Origin: Ginglymostoma cirratum
Taxonomy: Eukaryota
Direction of reading: 5' to 3'
Assembly: GCA_024137785.1 (NCBI GenBank)
Contig: JAHRHZ010000012.1
Location: 66,652,324 to 66,716,323, forward strand
Length of the DNA: 64,000 nt
The position numbers and the translations under genes were made by a program. Of the stretch, positions 23,140-36,205 are shown piece by piece. Below the pieces are notes generated by a model. It saw only the letters and a program-made list of their open reading frames with translations, was not told where the DNA came from and ran no database searches. Every line of letters begins with the position of its first letter. Position 1 is the stretch's first letter.

Positions 23140-26100
23140 AGATAACAAGGTGTAGAGCTGGATGAACACAGCAGGCCAAGCAGCATCAGAGGAGCAGGAA
23201 AGCTGACGTTTCGGGCCTAGATCTTTCTTCAGAAATGGGGGAGGGGAAGGGGATTCTGAAATAAATAGGGAGAGAGGGGGAGGCAGATAGAAGATGGATA
23301 GGGGAGAAGATAGGTGGAGAGGAGACAGATAGGTCAAAGAGGCGAGGATGGAGCCAGTAAAGGTGAGTGTAGGTGGGGAGTTAGGGAGGGGATAGGTCAG
23401 TCCAGGGAGGATGGACAGGTCAAGGGGGCGGGATGAGGCTAGTACGTAGGAGATGGGAGTGGGGCTTGGAGGTAGGAGGAGGGGATAGGTGGGAGGAAGG
23501 ACAGGTTAGGTAGGCAGGGACAAGCTGGGCTGCTTTTGGGATGTGGTAGGGGGAGGAGAGATTTTGAAGCTTGTGAAGTCCACATTGATACCATTGGGCT
23601 GCAGGGTTCCTAAGCGGAATATGAGGTGCTGTTCCTGCAACCTTCGGGTGGCATCGTTGTGGCACTGCAGGAGGCCCAGGATGGACATGTTGTCTGAGGA
23701 ATGGGAGCGGGAGTTGAAATGGTTCGCGACTGCGAGATGCAGTTGTTTAGTGCGAACCGAGCGTAGGTGTTCCGCAAAGGGGTCCCCAAGCTTCCGCTTG
23801 GTTTCCCCAATATAGAGGAGGCCACAATGGGAACAGCAGACACAGTACACCACATTAGCAGATGTGCAGGCGAACAACTGCTTGATGTGGAAAGTCTTCT
23901 TGGGGCCTGGGATGGGGGTGAGGGGGGAGGTGTAGGGGCAGGCGTAGCACTTCCTGCAGTTGCAGGGAAAAGTGCCGGGTGTGGTGGGGTTGGAGGGGAG
24001 TGTGGAGCGGACAAGGGAGTCCCGGAGAGAATGGTCCCGCCGGAAAGCAGATAAGGGTGGGGAGGGAAAAATGTCTTTGGTGGTGGGGTCGGATTGCAGA
24101 TGGCGGAAGTGTCGGAAGATGATGTGTTGGATCCGGAGGTTGGTGGGGTGGTAGGTAAGGACGAGGGCGATTCTGTTTTGGTTGTTATCGCGGGGACGGG
24201 GTGTGAGGGATGAGTTGCGGGAAATGCAGGAGACACGGTCGAGGGCGTTCTCGACCACTGGGAGAGGGGCGGGGAGGTTGCAGTCCTCGAAAAACTAGGA
24301 CATCTGAGATATACGGGAGTGGAATGCCTCATCCTGGGAGCAGATGCGGCAGAGGTGAAGGAATTGGGAATAGGGGATGGCATTTTTGCAGGAAGGTGGG
24401 TGGGAGGAGGTGTATTCTCGGTAGCTGTGGAAGTCGGTAAGCTTGAAATGGATATCGGTTTTCAGGTGGTTGCCAAAGATGGAAAGAGAGAGGTCCAGGA
24501 AGGAGACGGAGTTATCAGAGATGGTCCAGGGGAACTTAAGGTTGGGGTGGAGGGTGTTGAATTGGATGAACTGTTCGAGCTCCGCGTGGGAGCACGAGGC
24601 GGCGCCGATACAGTCATCAATGTAGCGGAGGAAGAGGTGGGGTTTAGGGCCAGTGTAGCTACGGAAGAGGGATTGTTCCACGTAACCTACAAAGAGGCAG
24701 GCATAGCTTGGGCCCATGCAGGTACCCATGGCCACTCCCTGTCTCTGTAGGAAGTGGGAGGAATTGAAAGAGAAGTTGTTGAGGGTGAGGACGAGTTCGG
24801 CGAAGGGTGAGAGCGTCAGTGGAGGGGGACTGGTCGGGCCTGCGGGACAGGAAGAAGCGGAGGGCCTTTAGGCCATCTGCGTGGGGAATGCAGGTGTATA
24901 GGGACTGGACGTCCATGGTAAAGATGAGGTGTTGGGGACCAGTGAATTGGAAGTTTTGGAGGAGGTGGAGGGCGTCAGTGGTGTCACGGACGTAGGTAGG
25001 GAGTTCCTGGACCAAGGGGGAGAAAATGGAGTCGAGATAGGTGGAGATAAGTTCGCTGGGGCAGGAGCAGGCGGAAACAATGGGTCGACCAGGGCAGAGA
25101 TAAAAGGTACTGCAGATGCTGGAGAATCCGAGATAACAAGCATGGGGCTGGATGAACACAGCAGGTCAAGCAGCATCATAGGAGCAGGAAAACTTGACGT
25201 TTTGGGCCTAAACCCTTCATCAGAAATGGGGGAGGGGAAGAGGGTTCTGAAGTAAATAGGGAGAGAGGGGGAGGCGGATAGAGGATGGATAGAGGAGAGG
25301 ATAGGTGGAGAGGAGGCAGACAAGTCGAAGAGGCGGGGATGGAGCCAGTAAAGGTGAGTGTAGGTAGGGGGGTAGGGAAGAGATAGGTCAGTCCAGGGAG
25401 GACGGACAGGTCAAGGGGGCGGGATGATGTTAGTAGAAGGGCAGTCAGGTTTGTCGATTTTGGGAAGGAGATAGAAGCAGGCGGTGCGGGGTTGGGGAAC
25501 GATGATTTTGGATGCTGTGGGTGGGAGGTCACCTGAAATGATGAGGTTGTGGATGGTTTGGGAGATGATGGTTTGGTTGTCGGGGGTGGGGTCATGATCA
25601 AGGGGGCGGTAGGAGGTGGTGTCGGTGAGTTGGCGCCTGGCCTCGGCGCTGTAGAGGTCAGTGCGCCATACTACAACTGTGCTCCCTTGTCCGCGGGTTT
25701 TATGGTGAGGTTGGGATTGGAGCAGAGGGAGCAGAGGGCTGCACATTCTGTGAGGGAGAGGCTGGAGTGAGTAAGGGGGTGGAGAGGTTGAGGCGATTGA
25801 TGTCACGACGGCAGTTGGAGATGAAGAGGTCGAGGGAGGGTAGGAGGCCTTGGGGTGGTGTCCAGGAGGAGGGGATGTGTTGGAGGCAGAAGGGGTCAAT
25901 AGGGGGAGGGTTAGGCTCACGATTGAAGAAGTAAGCGCGGAGGCAGAGGCGATGGCGGTGAAAAAACTGTTCAACATCCAAGCGTGAGCGGTATTTGTTG
26001 ATGTGTGGGTGGTGGGGGACAAAGGTGAGCCCTTTACTGAGGGATGACTGTTCGTCCTCAGTGAGGGGGAGGTCGGGGGGGATGGTGAAGACTTGGCAGG

Positions 26101-26790
26101 GCTGGGTGCTATTGTCTCCTCTAGAGCTGCTGGCTGTGGAGGCCGTGGGTGGAGCGATGTCGGCGTTGGCAGTGGGCGAGTTGTGTCAGCGTCGGCGGTG
26201 GGCGGAGCAGGGTAGGCTGCGGCAGCAGCGGTGTCTGCAGGTGCATCCTCAGTGTCTGTGGTGTTGCCCTCCTCGGAAATGGAGGCAGTGGCATCAGCAG
26301 TGGTGTCGATGGCATTCGCTGTCCCGGAAGTGGTGTACCCGGCGGCAGCGGATGTGACGTCATCCGTGGGTGCTCCGAAAGTGGCCTCATGGCTGATGGC
26401 AGCGGGCACATTGTGGCGAAGGTCCTGGGTAGGGTTGGGGATTTGGGGGGTGGAGGAGGCCCGTTTTGGGTGGCAGGCACCAGTAAGTTTACTGTACTTA
26501 CGGTTTTTAGTGTCCAATAAAGCTGAGTAGAATTGAGAGTTCAGGTTGTGGATCCTACAAAGAATAAAAAACAGGAGAGGTCCTTGCAGGTCTGGAAGAG
26601 GGAGGCTCTGAGCTGGGGTAGGCTTGACTGTAGCGCCAGGAGATGCCGGTGCATTGCTGTGAGTGCGTGTTTCAGGAGTCGCAGTGAGAAACGTTTTTGA
26701 AGGATCTCAATGTTCTGAATGTAGACATTGTCGCAGTTGGGGCCAAATTGGGAAGGCCTAAATGTGGACTGTAGTCCATTGGGGATGATA
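23140..26790 (-). mobile_element. Long Penelope-like retroelement (RT + GIY-YIG), frameshifted and 5'-truncated
   Basis: RT motifs IKPADKG-like, MDVQSLYTCIPH, AMGTCMGPSYACLF and FLRYIDDC are present. The GIY-YIG region reads CTSANVVYCVCCSHCGLLYIGETKR..EH..VANHFN..EQHLIFRLGTLQPNGIN. The 3' pLTR is at 23140-23560. Confidence 0.92.
25098..25437 (-). mobile_element. Solo Penelope pLTR nested in the RT ORF of the 23140-26790 element
   Basis: Near-identical to 56028-56357. Flanked by AGGGCAG at 25091-25097 and 25438-25444, and it interrupts the KPDCP|GRPIVS motif. Confidence 0.85.
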
Positions 26791-27551
26791 AGCCATCAGA
26801 GCCCAACTAGATCATGAGCTCTCTACAGTAAAAGCCACTTTAAGTCTGAAGAAAACCAGGTTATTTTCCCTCCAGCAATTGCTGTAAGCTGTGATTTTAA
26901 AAGTAGTATATCCGAGAACAATTTTAGTAAGTGAACCAGCTATCTTGTGCCTTTTTGCAAATAAATGAAACCATCAGAAGGAGGACCAAGAAGCAGAGTT
27001 CTGATTAACACAAGAATCATCTCAGGAACCACTGAACTTCATTCCCAGGCTTTCCTTCCATCTATAACAAACTTCTTTTGTCTGTGCGTGTAAGAAAAAT
27101 AAAGCTTTAATGGGTAGAGTTACATGCCAACAGTTCAATACTGTTTACCAGTAGCTAAAGTCTAATTACACCAAACTTTGTTTTATTCAGCGCCTTATCA
27201 AATGGCACTCTTGATAAACCATCAAAAATTATATACCTGAAATACCGCAATCTACCACAATGTCCGAACATTTATGCTGTAAATAAAGTATAACACCAAC
27301 GTGTATATCCCCTATATTATGTTTCCATTACTTGCGTTTTTATATTGATTTTGAGAAGGTGTGCAAATGTTTTTACATGGACACTTCAGGGATGTGGATG
27401 TCTCAAAGCTTCGCTTGGTCAGGGTTTACTGCAGTTATGCTTACCTCAATTATCTGGAATATTTGGTCAACTGGCACACTGCTGGTCCCATACGTGGAAG
27501 TTAATAAAACGTTTGCCGTACTTTTAATAAATCGTCATCTTTATTAAATTT

Positions 27552-27853
27552 CATAGAATCCCTACATTGTGGAAACAGGCCCCTCGGCCCAACAAGTCCA
27601 CACTGACCCTCACAGCCTCCCACCCAGACCCATCACCCTATAACCCACATTATCTAGACGTCCCTGAACACTATGGGCAATTTAGCATGGCCAACCCACC
27701 TACCCTGCACATTGTTGGACTGTGGGAGGAAACCCACGTAGACATGGGGAGAATGTGCAAACTCCACACAGACAGTCGCCCAAGGGTGGAATCAAACCCA
27801 GGTCCCTGGCGCTATGAGGTAGCAGTGCTAACCACTGAGCCAACATGCCGCCC
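27552..27853 (-). mobile_element. HE1-like V-SINE
   Basis: Same structure as 10070-10394 (CAAACTCCACACAGAC..GTGCTAACCACTGAGCCAACATGCCGCCC). Confidence 0.9.
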
Positions 27854-27996
27854 AAATACAGAAACCTTATCTGTGTTTTGTGTCAACCTGGGTTCAAACT
27901 TTAAAATTTTTGCGATGATTCCAAGTAGAGTGTGGTTTAATTTCTACCACCCTACCCCACTGAGGCACATCAGAAAGGTGAATGTTTTGTCTATTA

Positions 27997-28202
27997 AAAC
28001 AAAGAACTGCAGATAGTGGAAATATTAAACAGAAAAAAAATCGTTAGAGAAACTCAGCAGGTCTGGCAGCGTCTGTAGAGAGAAAACAGAGTCAATGTTT
28101 CGAGCTCAGTGACCTTTCTGCAGGACTGCAGACCCTTCTTTGAAAGCGTCACCGGACTTGAAACATTAATTTGGTTTTCTCTCCACAGATGCTGCCAGAC
28201 CA
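27997..28202. mobile_element. Short foldback Penelope pLTR element (family C)
   Basis: The left arm CAGGTCTGGCAGCGTCTGTAGAGAGAAAAC is inverted relative to the right arm TTTTCTCTCCACAGATGCTGCCAGACC. Confidence 0.7.
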
Positions 28203-28359
28203 AACGTATTTGTATGTTGGTTGCCTGTACACTACTAAATATCTTGCTCAAATCCCTGAAGAAGAATCAAAGCCAGTCTATGCTGTGCCATCAGAATAAG
28301 AAAATGTCTTTCTGTAGCTTTGTGATGCGTGCATATATTTCTTTTGCTACTGAGCCTAA

Positions 28360-29725
28360 GAATTAGGAGACTCTTCAACTCATCTCCACCATTCATTAAA
28401 ATCATGGCTGATCAGACTATCCCCTTTTCTTGATTGGCCCCCATAACATTGGGCTCTCTATGTGGATTTAAAAAACAAAATCTGCTTCCACTGTTCACTA
28501 GAGTATAAATTCTAAAGATCTGTGACCCTCAGAAAGAAGAAATTCCTCATCACTTTCTTGTTCAGAAACTTTGCCCCTTAGTTTGAGATTACCTCGGAGG
28601 GGAAACATCCTGTGAACAGGTATCAAGTTCCCTCAGAATATTACATGCTTTAATAATGTTTCTTATTCTCAAATATAGGCTCAGACTCCAGAGTTTCCTC
28701 AATCAACCTCATTAACCTTCTCTGAAAACAACTCCAATATAAGTATTTCCCTTCTTAAATAATGAGTTCAAAGCTGTAAGTGACAGTTTACATCTGGTCT
28801 CACCAAAGTCCTGCATATTTGTTAAAAGACTTTGCTACTTTTAGTTACTACTCACCTTCCAATAAAGAAATTGCCTCCATTTGCCTAATTACGGGCTATA
28901 GCTGCATGCTAAATTTTCATGATTCTTATACATGGGCATCCAGATCCATTTGTACCACACCATTCTGCAATTTCTCTTCATTTACAATAAAAATTCTTCG
29001 CATCTTCTCCTTCCCATGAAGTGTATAACCTCAAATTATCTCACAATGTACTCAATCTGCCTCCATTTTGCCCACTTACTTAATCTATCCACATATCGCT
29101 GCAGAGTTTTTTTTTGTCTTCCTCACATCTTGCTTTCCTACCAGTCTTTGTATAGTCAGTAGGTTTGGTAAAAATACAGTAAATTTCCTTTATCTAAGTC
29201 ATTAATGTAGATTTGTAACTAACTGAGACCCCAGCACCAATTACTGTGGCTCTCCACAAGTTAGTTTGTCAACCAGAAAATGTCTTATTTAATCCAATGC
29301 TGTTTTCTGTCAGAAACAAAAAAAGAAATTGCTGGAAAAGCACAGCAGGTCTAGCAGAATCTACAGAGAGAAATTAAAGTTAACGTTTCGGGTCGAGTGA
29401 GGAAGGGTCACACGTCCCGAAATGCTAACTCTGATTTCTGTCCACAGATTCTGCCAGACATACTGAGCTTTTCCAACAATGTCTGTTTTTGTTTCGGATT
29501 TCCAGCGTCCACAATAATTTTAGTTTCTGTTTCTGGTCAGTTAGCCAGTCCTTTTTGGTGATTTTTACCTGAATTATCACCACCATCATGAGGTATGGTC
29601 TTGCATAGCAAACTTTTATACAACACTTTATTCAATACATTTTGAAAATCCAAACATAATTTCCCTTTAAACACCGTACGTTCTCAAAGAACATTTATAA
29701 ACTTGTCAAACATGATTTCCATTTC
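28360..29725 (-). mobile_element. Degenerate CR1 LINE 3' region interrupted by a family-C foldback element (29310-29530)
   Basis: CR1 tail motifs AAGAAATTCCTC and GGAAACATCC, plus TTGTCAAACATGATTTCC (QHGF..LTN on the minus strand). Confidence 0.6.
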
Positions 29726-29794
29726 ATAAGCACAAATAGAAAAACATCCTAATACCCAAGCTACATCGTTGGGGGTTATTTTTAAAAAAAAAGA

Positions 29795-30010
29795 CAGCCC
29801 TGGGTTTGCACATTCTCCCCGTGTCTGTGCAAATTTCCTTCGGTGGAGGTAAGGTGGATTGGCTACGCTAAAATTGTCTATAGTGTTCAGAGATGTGTAG
29901 ACCAGGTAATCGTGGGGTTACGCAAATACAGTAGGAGGCTGGGTCTGGGTGGAATGTTTTTCGGATTTTTGATGCAGATTCAGTGGACCAACTGGCCTCC
30001 TTCTGCACTA
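29795..30010 (+). mobile_element. Partial V-SINE
   Basis: TTTGCACATTCTCCCCGTGTCTG..AGGTGGATTGGCTACGCTAAAATTG core. Confidence 0.7.
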
Positions 30011-30103
30011 ATCCTGATAACTGATGATAAAATTGGACACGTTACGACACACACAAGGGGTTTCCTGAATGCGCTGTAAATAGAGCCTTGCTGCTCCTGA
30101 AGT

Positions 30104-30929
30104 TGTACCAAATGTTGGAGTTTCTTCAAAACATTGCTTAGTACCCCAATTTATTTGATTTTCAAACCAAGGTTGACAGAAAGCATGGGCCAGGTTTCCA
30201 TACTAAACAAGAATTATTTATTATACATAATTAGACTATATCTAGAGGTAAACAGATAAAATTCACAAACATGTAATACTACTAACTAAAACTCTAATTC
30301 CCNNNNNNNNNNNNNNNNNNNNNNNNNNNNNNNNNNNNNNNNNNNNNNNNNNNNNNNNNNNNNNNNNNNNNNNNNNNNNNNNNNNNNNNNNNNNNNNNNN
30401 NNNNNNNNNNNNNNNNNNNNNNNNNNNNNNNNNNNNNNNNNNNNNNNNNNNNNNNNNNNNNNNNNNNNNNNNNNNNNNNNNNNNNNNNNNNNNNNNNACT
30501 AGAATATTGTTTGAGCTCAGAAAAAAAACATGGAAAGTCAGTTCAGTGGTCTTCGCTTTCTGATTCCTGATGCCGGAGGTTTCAGTTGACTTTTTCTGGA
30601 AGCTTCCAATGATTTGTAACAGTATTGCTCAATTCACTTGGAAAATGTTGCTGATTCTAATTCAAAGGCCATTGCTCACAGTTATTGCTGTGGGAAAGGT
30701 TTTCTTCATGCTTAAACCGATTTTTTATACATTGCAGAGAACAGGGAGCATCTGCTGGGGAGAACAACAGCACACCCTTTTCTCTCTATCTGTGTTTTTG
30801 CAAACTATTTCCAGGTCCAATCTTTTTAGTTAGCGAGGACAAATCAGCGTTACTTGTAAACAGCTTCTTGGCTCCTAATAGTCTGCATATTGCAGGAACA
30901 CAGACACAAAAAACAAATGGTTCATGACA
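30104..30929 (-). mobile_element. Possible solo LTR spanning an assembly gap
   Basis: TG...CA-type ends (TGTACC../..CATGACA) and a minus-strand AATAAA near 30215. No convincing TSD. Confidence 0.3.
30303..30497. other. Assembly gap (N run)
   Basis: Run of Ns. Confidence 1.
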
Positions 30930-31214
30930 GGTATTGAATTCTTTGCTGTAAAAGTTTGCAGCCGTCCTAGTAATCCTCTGGTATTTCAAAATAAAACTTC
31001 TTCTAAAAACTTGTCCATAATTTTTACAGACAAAAATAAAAAGATAGTCCTTATAAATGCCAAGGCTGACTCTATCCCCGTGTATCTAAAATAATAGGCA
31101 AAAAACCCAAATCCCCCTAAATTACAATAGCTTTTGTTTCAAAATACTTATTGTAAATATAAAGTTCAGCAAACAAATGCAGTGAAAAGAAGAGGGTAAC
31201 TTTACATAAGTATG

Positions 31215-31352
31215 ACAAAGAATTGTAAATGCTTGGAGATCTGAAACAAACAAGAGAAACTGCTGGAGAAACTCAGCAGGTCTGGCAGCATCTGTGAAGA
31301 AAAAAAGCAGAGTTAACATTTTGAGTCCAATGACTCTTCTTCAAAACTGAAG
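31215..31352 (-). mobile_element. Family-C Penelope pLTR remnant about 30 bp from the exon donor
   Basis: TGCTGGAGAAACTCAGCAGGTCTGGCAGCATCTGTG..AGAGTTAACATTTTGAGTCCAATGACTCTTCTTCA. Confidence 0.7.
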
Positions 31353-31383
31353 AATAGAAAAAAAGGACAGATAAATTACTTAC

Positions 31384-31542
31384 TCTGTTGCATAGCTCAT
31401 CATTGTCAGTGTAGATGGCGACTTGTCGAATTGCTTCGCCACCTTCATTTAGGAAGTAAGTCATCAAGACAAGAATGTCATAACCAAGCCTTCCAGTAAA
31501 TACTTTTAAATCGTCAACAATATTTGGACGAGATAGAAAGGC
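31384..31542 (-). CDS. PRUNE2: PRUNE2 exon encoding part of the DHHA2 domain (159 bp, phase 0-0)
   Basis: Splice sites are tttttgtgttgcag|GCC...AACAGA|gtaagt. The exon encodes AFLSRPNIVDDLKVFTGRLGYDILVLMTYFLNEGGEAIRQVAIYTDNDELCNR and joins in frame to ICNTLEECQ of the giant exon, matching Prune-family DHHA2. Confidence 0.93.
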
Positions 31543-31937
31543 CTGCAACACAAAAAGAAACAATGACAAAGAATCCAATTAACAAATAATTAAATCCTGT
31601 TTACAATTTATTAGTGGTTTCAAAGCTGATACAATCTCAGCAGAAGATTCTCGCAGGAAACAACAGCACAGGGTATTTTATTCTTCTTTCATGTCAACTG
31701 GACCTTCCTTTGAAAATGACAATATCTCAGGGCACTTCAAAGGCAACACAGAACGTGAATGGATTGGAACAGCAAGCCATGTAGTGTTTAAGGATCTGAA
31801 TGACTACACTAGAATCTCAAACAAAATAATGCATCAAAAAAGCTCACATTATATTTTGTGAAATAAGATGTTCCAGATGCTCCATTTTTAACATTTCTTC
31901 AAGTACTAATGAGCAGAATCTGTGCTATCAGCCAGAA

Positions 31938-34440
31938 GACATGGGAGCAGAAGTAGGTTTTTTAGGCCATCAAATCTGCTCCACATTCAATGGGTTCATG
32001 GCGGATCTATTTTCCCGCCTTTTCTCCCATAACCTCGGATTCCCTTCCTGATTAAAAATCCATCTATCTTAGTCTTGAATGGACTTAATGATCCAGCCTC
32101 ACCAGCCCTCTGCAGTTAAGAATTCTACAGATTGAGTACCCTCTGAAAAGAAGTTCCTCCTCATCCCTGTCTTAAATGTGTGACTCCTTATTCTGACATT
32201 AAGTCCTCTGTTCCTAGGCTCTTCCACAAAGGGAAACAACTTTTCATATCTAACTAATCAAGCCCCCTCAAGACATATGTGCTTCAATAAGATGCCCTTT
32301 CATTGCTATAAATTCGAATGAGTAGAAGCCTAACTTATACAACTTATCTTCACAAGGCAGTCCTTCCATACCAAAGATCAGTCTCGTGAGCCTTCCCTTA
32401 CTGCCCCCCAATGCCAATACATCTCTTCTTAATTAAGGAACCCAAAACCGTTCACAGCTTTCCAGCTGTGGTCTGACTAATGCCTTGTATGTTATTAGCT
32501 GAACGCCCCTACTTTTATCCTCTATTCCCTTCGAAATAAAGACCAATTTTCCAATTTTTTTTCCTATTACCCACTGAATTTGGATGCTAATTTTTCACGA
32601 TTTATGGACGAGGACTCGCAAATTCCTCTGTTCTGTAGCTTTCTGCAGTATTTCTCTATTGAAACAATATTCAGCTCTTTTATTCTTCTGAGCAAAATGC
32701 ATAATCTCACAGTTTTTGCATCTGTCAAGTTTTTGTCCACTGGTTTAACTTCTCTATCAACTCTGTGTCGTCGTCACAACCTGGACTCCCACCAAGTTTT
32801 GTGTCATCTGCAAACTTGATGGTTATACATTTATTTTCCTCATCCAACTGTTAATGTACATATTGTAAATAATTGTGGCTCTAGCACTGATCTCCATGAG
32901 TTACAGGTTGCTACCCCGAAATGCCCTGCCTTATCACAATTGTCCATCTTTTATTAATTAGCTGAAGCTTTAGCCATGCTAATAAACCATTTCGAATATC
33001 ACAGGCCATTATGTTATTAAATAGCCTAATGTGAAATATCTTATCAAACAGCTTCTGGAAATCCAAATATATTAAGTGCACTAATTCCCCTTTATCTATC
33101 CTGCTTGGCATCTCCTCAAAGACCTCTAATAAATTTGTCAAACATAATTACCCCTTCATGAAGCCATGCTGACTCTGCTTTATTACATCACGCATTTCTA
33201 AATGATCTGTTATTACATCCTTTATAATAAACTCTAACGTATTCTCAATAACAGACGTTAAGTTAACTGGACTATTAGTTTTAAAAAAACCAAAAGAGCT
33301 GTGGATGCTATAAATCAGGAACAAAAAAAAAAAAAAGTTGCTGGAAAAACTCAGCAGGTCTGGCAGCAAACATTGCAGATCCTGTGACCCTTCCTCCGAA
33401 CAGTTCTGAGGAAGGGTCACCGGACCCGAAACATTAACTCTGTTTTCTCCTTCACAGAATCTGCCAGGCCTGTGTAGACTATTAGTTATTTGCTGTTTGT
33501 CTCCTTCTATTTTTAAATAAAGGTGCTATATTGATAGTTTTCCGATCTTCTAGGGCTTTTCCAGAATCAAAGTATTCAACAACCAGCACATAGATTATCT
33601 CTATCGCTTCTTCTTTTAATTTCCTAGGACGCATCCCATCAGGTCCAGGAGACTCATCAGTCTTTGGCCCCCATTAGTTTGCTTTGCACTTTATCGGATG
33701 GGATAGTTATATATTGCCTCTCTTCTTTTTTGCTCCTTGATTGGTTAGTAATTTTGTAATGCTATTCATATGTTCTGCTGTGAAGTCCGATTTATTTATT
33801 CAACTCTTCAACCATTTCCTGGTTCCATTATTCTCCAGTCTTATTTTCTATGGGGCTTATGTTGATTTTAGCTCCTCTATTCCTTTTTATCTATTTAAAG
33901 AAACTCTTGCAAGTAATATCAAGACAGGCTGCAAATTTACCCTCAAAGTTTATCTTCTCCTCGTTATTAATTTTTGGCAATCATTTGTTAGTTATTAAAA
34001 CTTTTCTAATCCTCTGGCTTACTACTAATCTTTGCATTGTAGGTACTTTTTTTAAAAATTCAATGCCATTCTTAACTTTCTGATTAACCATGTTTAGATT
34101 ATTCCATTTGTAGAATCCTTCTGTCTCATTGGGATATATCATTGCCGATGAGCCACAGCCAATTTTCTTAAATGTCTGACATCTTTCCTCAACTGTCTTT
34201 GTTGCTAAATGCCATTCCCAGTCCACTCCACACATAGCTCTGTCCTTATTTGTTTGCAATTAACCTTATTTAGGCTTAGCACAGATGTTTCTGACTCAAA
34301 ATCTCCCTCTCAAACTGAATGCTAAGTTCTACCACGTTATGGTCACTATTTCCTGAGGGATCTTTCACTCTGACATCATTCATTAAATCTGCCTCATTGC
34401 ACATCACCAGGTCCAAAACATCCTCAACCCACTCATATCC
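31938..34440 (-). mobile_element. Degenerate CR1 LINE ORF2 (RT and EN parts)
   Basis: Fragments SQHGFMKG, LTNLLEVFEE..DLIYLDFQKLFDK and LDLVMCNE..SDHNVVEL. Interrupted by a PLE element at 33281-33476. Confidence 0.8.
33281..33476. mobile_element. Family-C foldback Penelope element with 11-bp TSD and central hammerhead-like motif
   Basis: Centre reads GTGACCCTTCCTCCGAACAGTTCTGAGGAAGGGTCAC. GACTATTAGTT occurs at 33270-33280 and 33477-33487. Confidence 0.75.
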
Positions 34441-35054
34441 ACAACATATCGGACGCTGCAATGATGATGTTACCCAGCACAGTAACGAAATGTCTGCGGA
34501 ACAACAAACCAACTTGGCGAGCCAACCAACCTCAACACTCTATTGATTCTTCCTCTTGGCGACTTCTTCCAATCTGACTATCCCAATCTGTTCAGCTGTA
34601 CCGTGTTACACTAATCACTTCAGTACTCTTTCAGGATTCAAGCCCCCAACCTAACTAGAACACTGCTTCATCTGTCCTATCATGTGTACTGTCAACATGT
34701 TGTCCATTACTAGCAGGAAAAATCAGTATCATTATTATTACATAAGGGATCAAGGTCTATAAGATACCATTGTTAAGAATGCCTTAAGCACCACTCACTG
34801 AGACGAAATCAAACAGACTTAGGAGAACAATTTAGGATCTTGGAGGAATAAGGCTTGCATTTAGTCCTCCTCATAGTTTCTGTAACAATGTCTGTCACAT
34901 CAGTATAACTTATACTTAGTTGCTAACATGCAATAGGCCACATCTTGTTTCAGGTAAGAGCACCCTCTCATTCGATGAGCAAATGATTTTTCTATTCAAC
35001 AACAGACTTTATAGAAAGATGGTGGTGGCAGCAAACCATGGAAAGCAACAGTGC

Positions 35055-35680
35055 AACAAAAAACAGAAATTGCTGAAAAAGCTCAGCAAGTCTGGCAGCA
35101 TCTGTGAAGAGAAATCAGAGTTAACATTTTGGGTTTGGTCACCCTTCCTCAGAACTGATGGTAACTAGTTTACACGCAGAAGATAGGGTGGGGGTGGGAG
35201 GTGGTAAGGAGTAAATGATAGGTGGGGATAGAGCCCAACGGGAGAGAAGAACAGTTGGACAGACAAAGGAGTGGATAACAATCTGGCTAGGAGGGTGAAT
35301 GGCTGTTAATGGAGACTATTACTGGCTAACAATAGTTGGTGTGTAATGGCAAACTATGTGATAACAAGGCCTTGTGTGTCGGGGAGGGGCCTAAGGTATG
35401 GGAGAGTTCAGGCCCTAAAATTATTGAACTCGATATTGACTCCAGAGGACTGCAGAGTCCCCAAGTGGAAAATGAGGTGTTGTTCTTCTTCCAGCTTGTG
35501 CTGAGCTTCGCTAGAACACTGCAGCAAGCCTGAGACAGAGATATTGGCCAGGGAGTGTGATGGTGTGTTAAAGTGGCGGGCAACTGGAAGCTCAGGGTCA
35601 TTATTGCAGGCAGAATGCAGATTGTTCTGCAAAGCAGTGCAAGAGCAAGCAATAGTGGAGACAGCCTCATACAATAACAT
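35055..35680 (-). mobile_element. Penelope-like element 3' end (family C): GIY-YIG tail plus pLTR
   Basis: Encodes PELPVARHFNTPSHSLANISVSGLLQC..EEQHLIFHLGTLQSSGVNIEF. The pLTR contains CTGAGGAAGGGTGACCAAACCCAAAATG. Confidence 0.8.
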
Positions 35681-36019
35681 GGCCAACAGTAAGAATTGCT
35701 CATACAACAATTATAGTGGCCAGGAATAGTCGACAGTCACGAAGTTGCAATGTTCATTGTCAAATGCACAAAAAAACTTCTCGTCTGTTGGCTTCAGTGG
35801 GAAATTGCACTTCTTGCCATTGAGGACAGAGTGTCAGGGCAAATCGCGAAATTTCCTAATGTGTCGCATTTCTGGTCAAACCATGCACCTGGCAATGTCA
35901 TCAACTGGCTTCCCAGGATATTTCTATTATAGCTGAGACACTATGAATGTATGATGAACATACCAAAGGTGCAGAATCACTTATCACAACAGGGCACTGC
36001 ATTCACATTCTGATTAAAC

Positions 36020-36205
36020 ATGATCTCGAGGTGCTGGTTTTGGACTGGGGTGGTCAAAGTCAGAAGTCACACAACCCCAGGTTTCGTCCAACAGGTTTAT
36101 TTAAAATCACAAGCTTTTGGAGCAAAGACTTCACCTGACAAAAGCTTGTGATTTCAAATAAACCTGTACGACTATAACATGCTGTCCTGTGCCTTCTGAC
36201 CTTCT
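36020..36205. mobile_element. Family-B foldback Penelope pLTR element
   Basis: GTCAGAAGTCACACAAC..CAGGTTTATTTAAAATCACAAGCTTT is inverted against AAAGCTTGTGATTTCAAATAAACCTG..CTTCTGAC. Confidence 0.75.

Noticed and set aside
23420-26530. Many overlapping Pro/Ser- or Gly-rich ORFs
   Set aside because: Alternative frames of the C-rich Penelope element. The same applies at 56399-59069.
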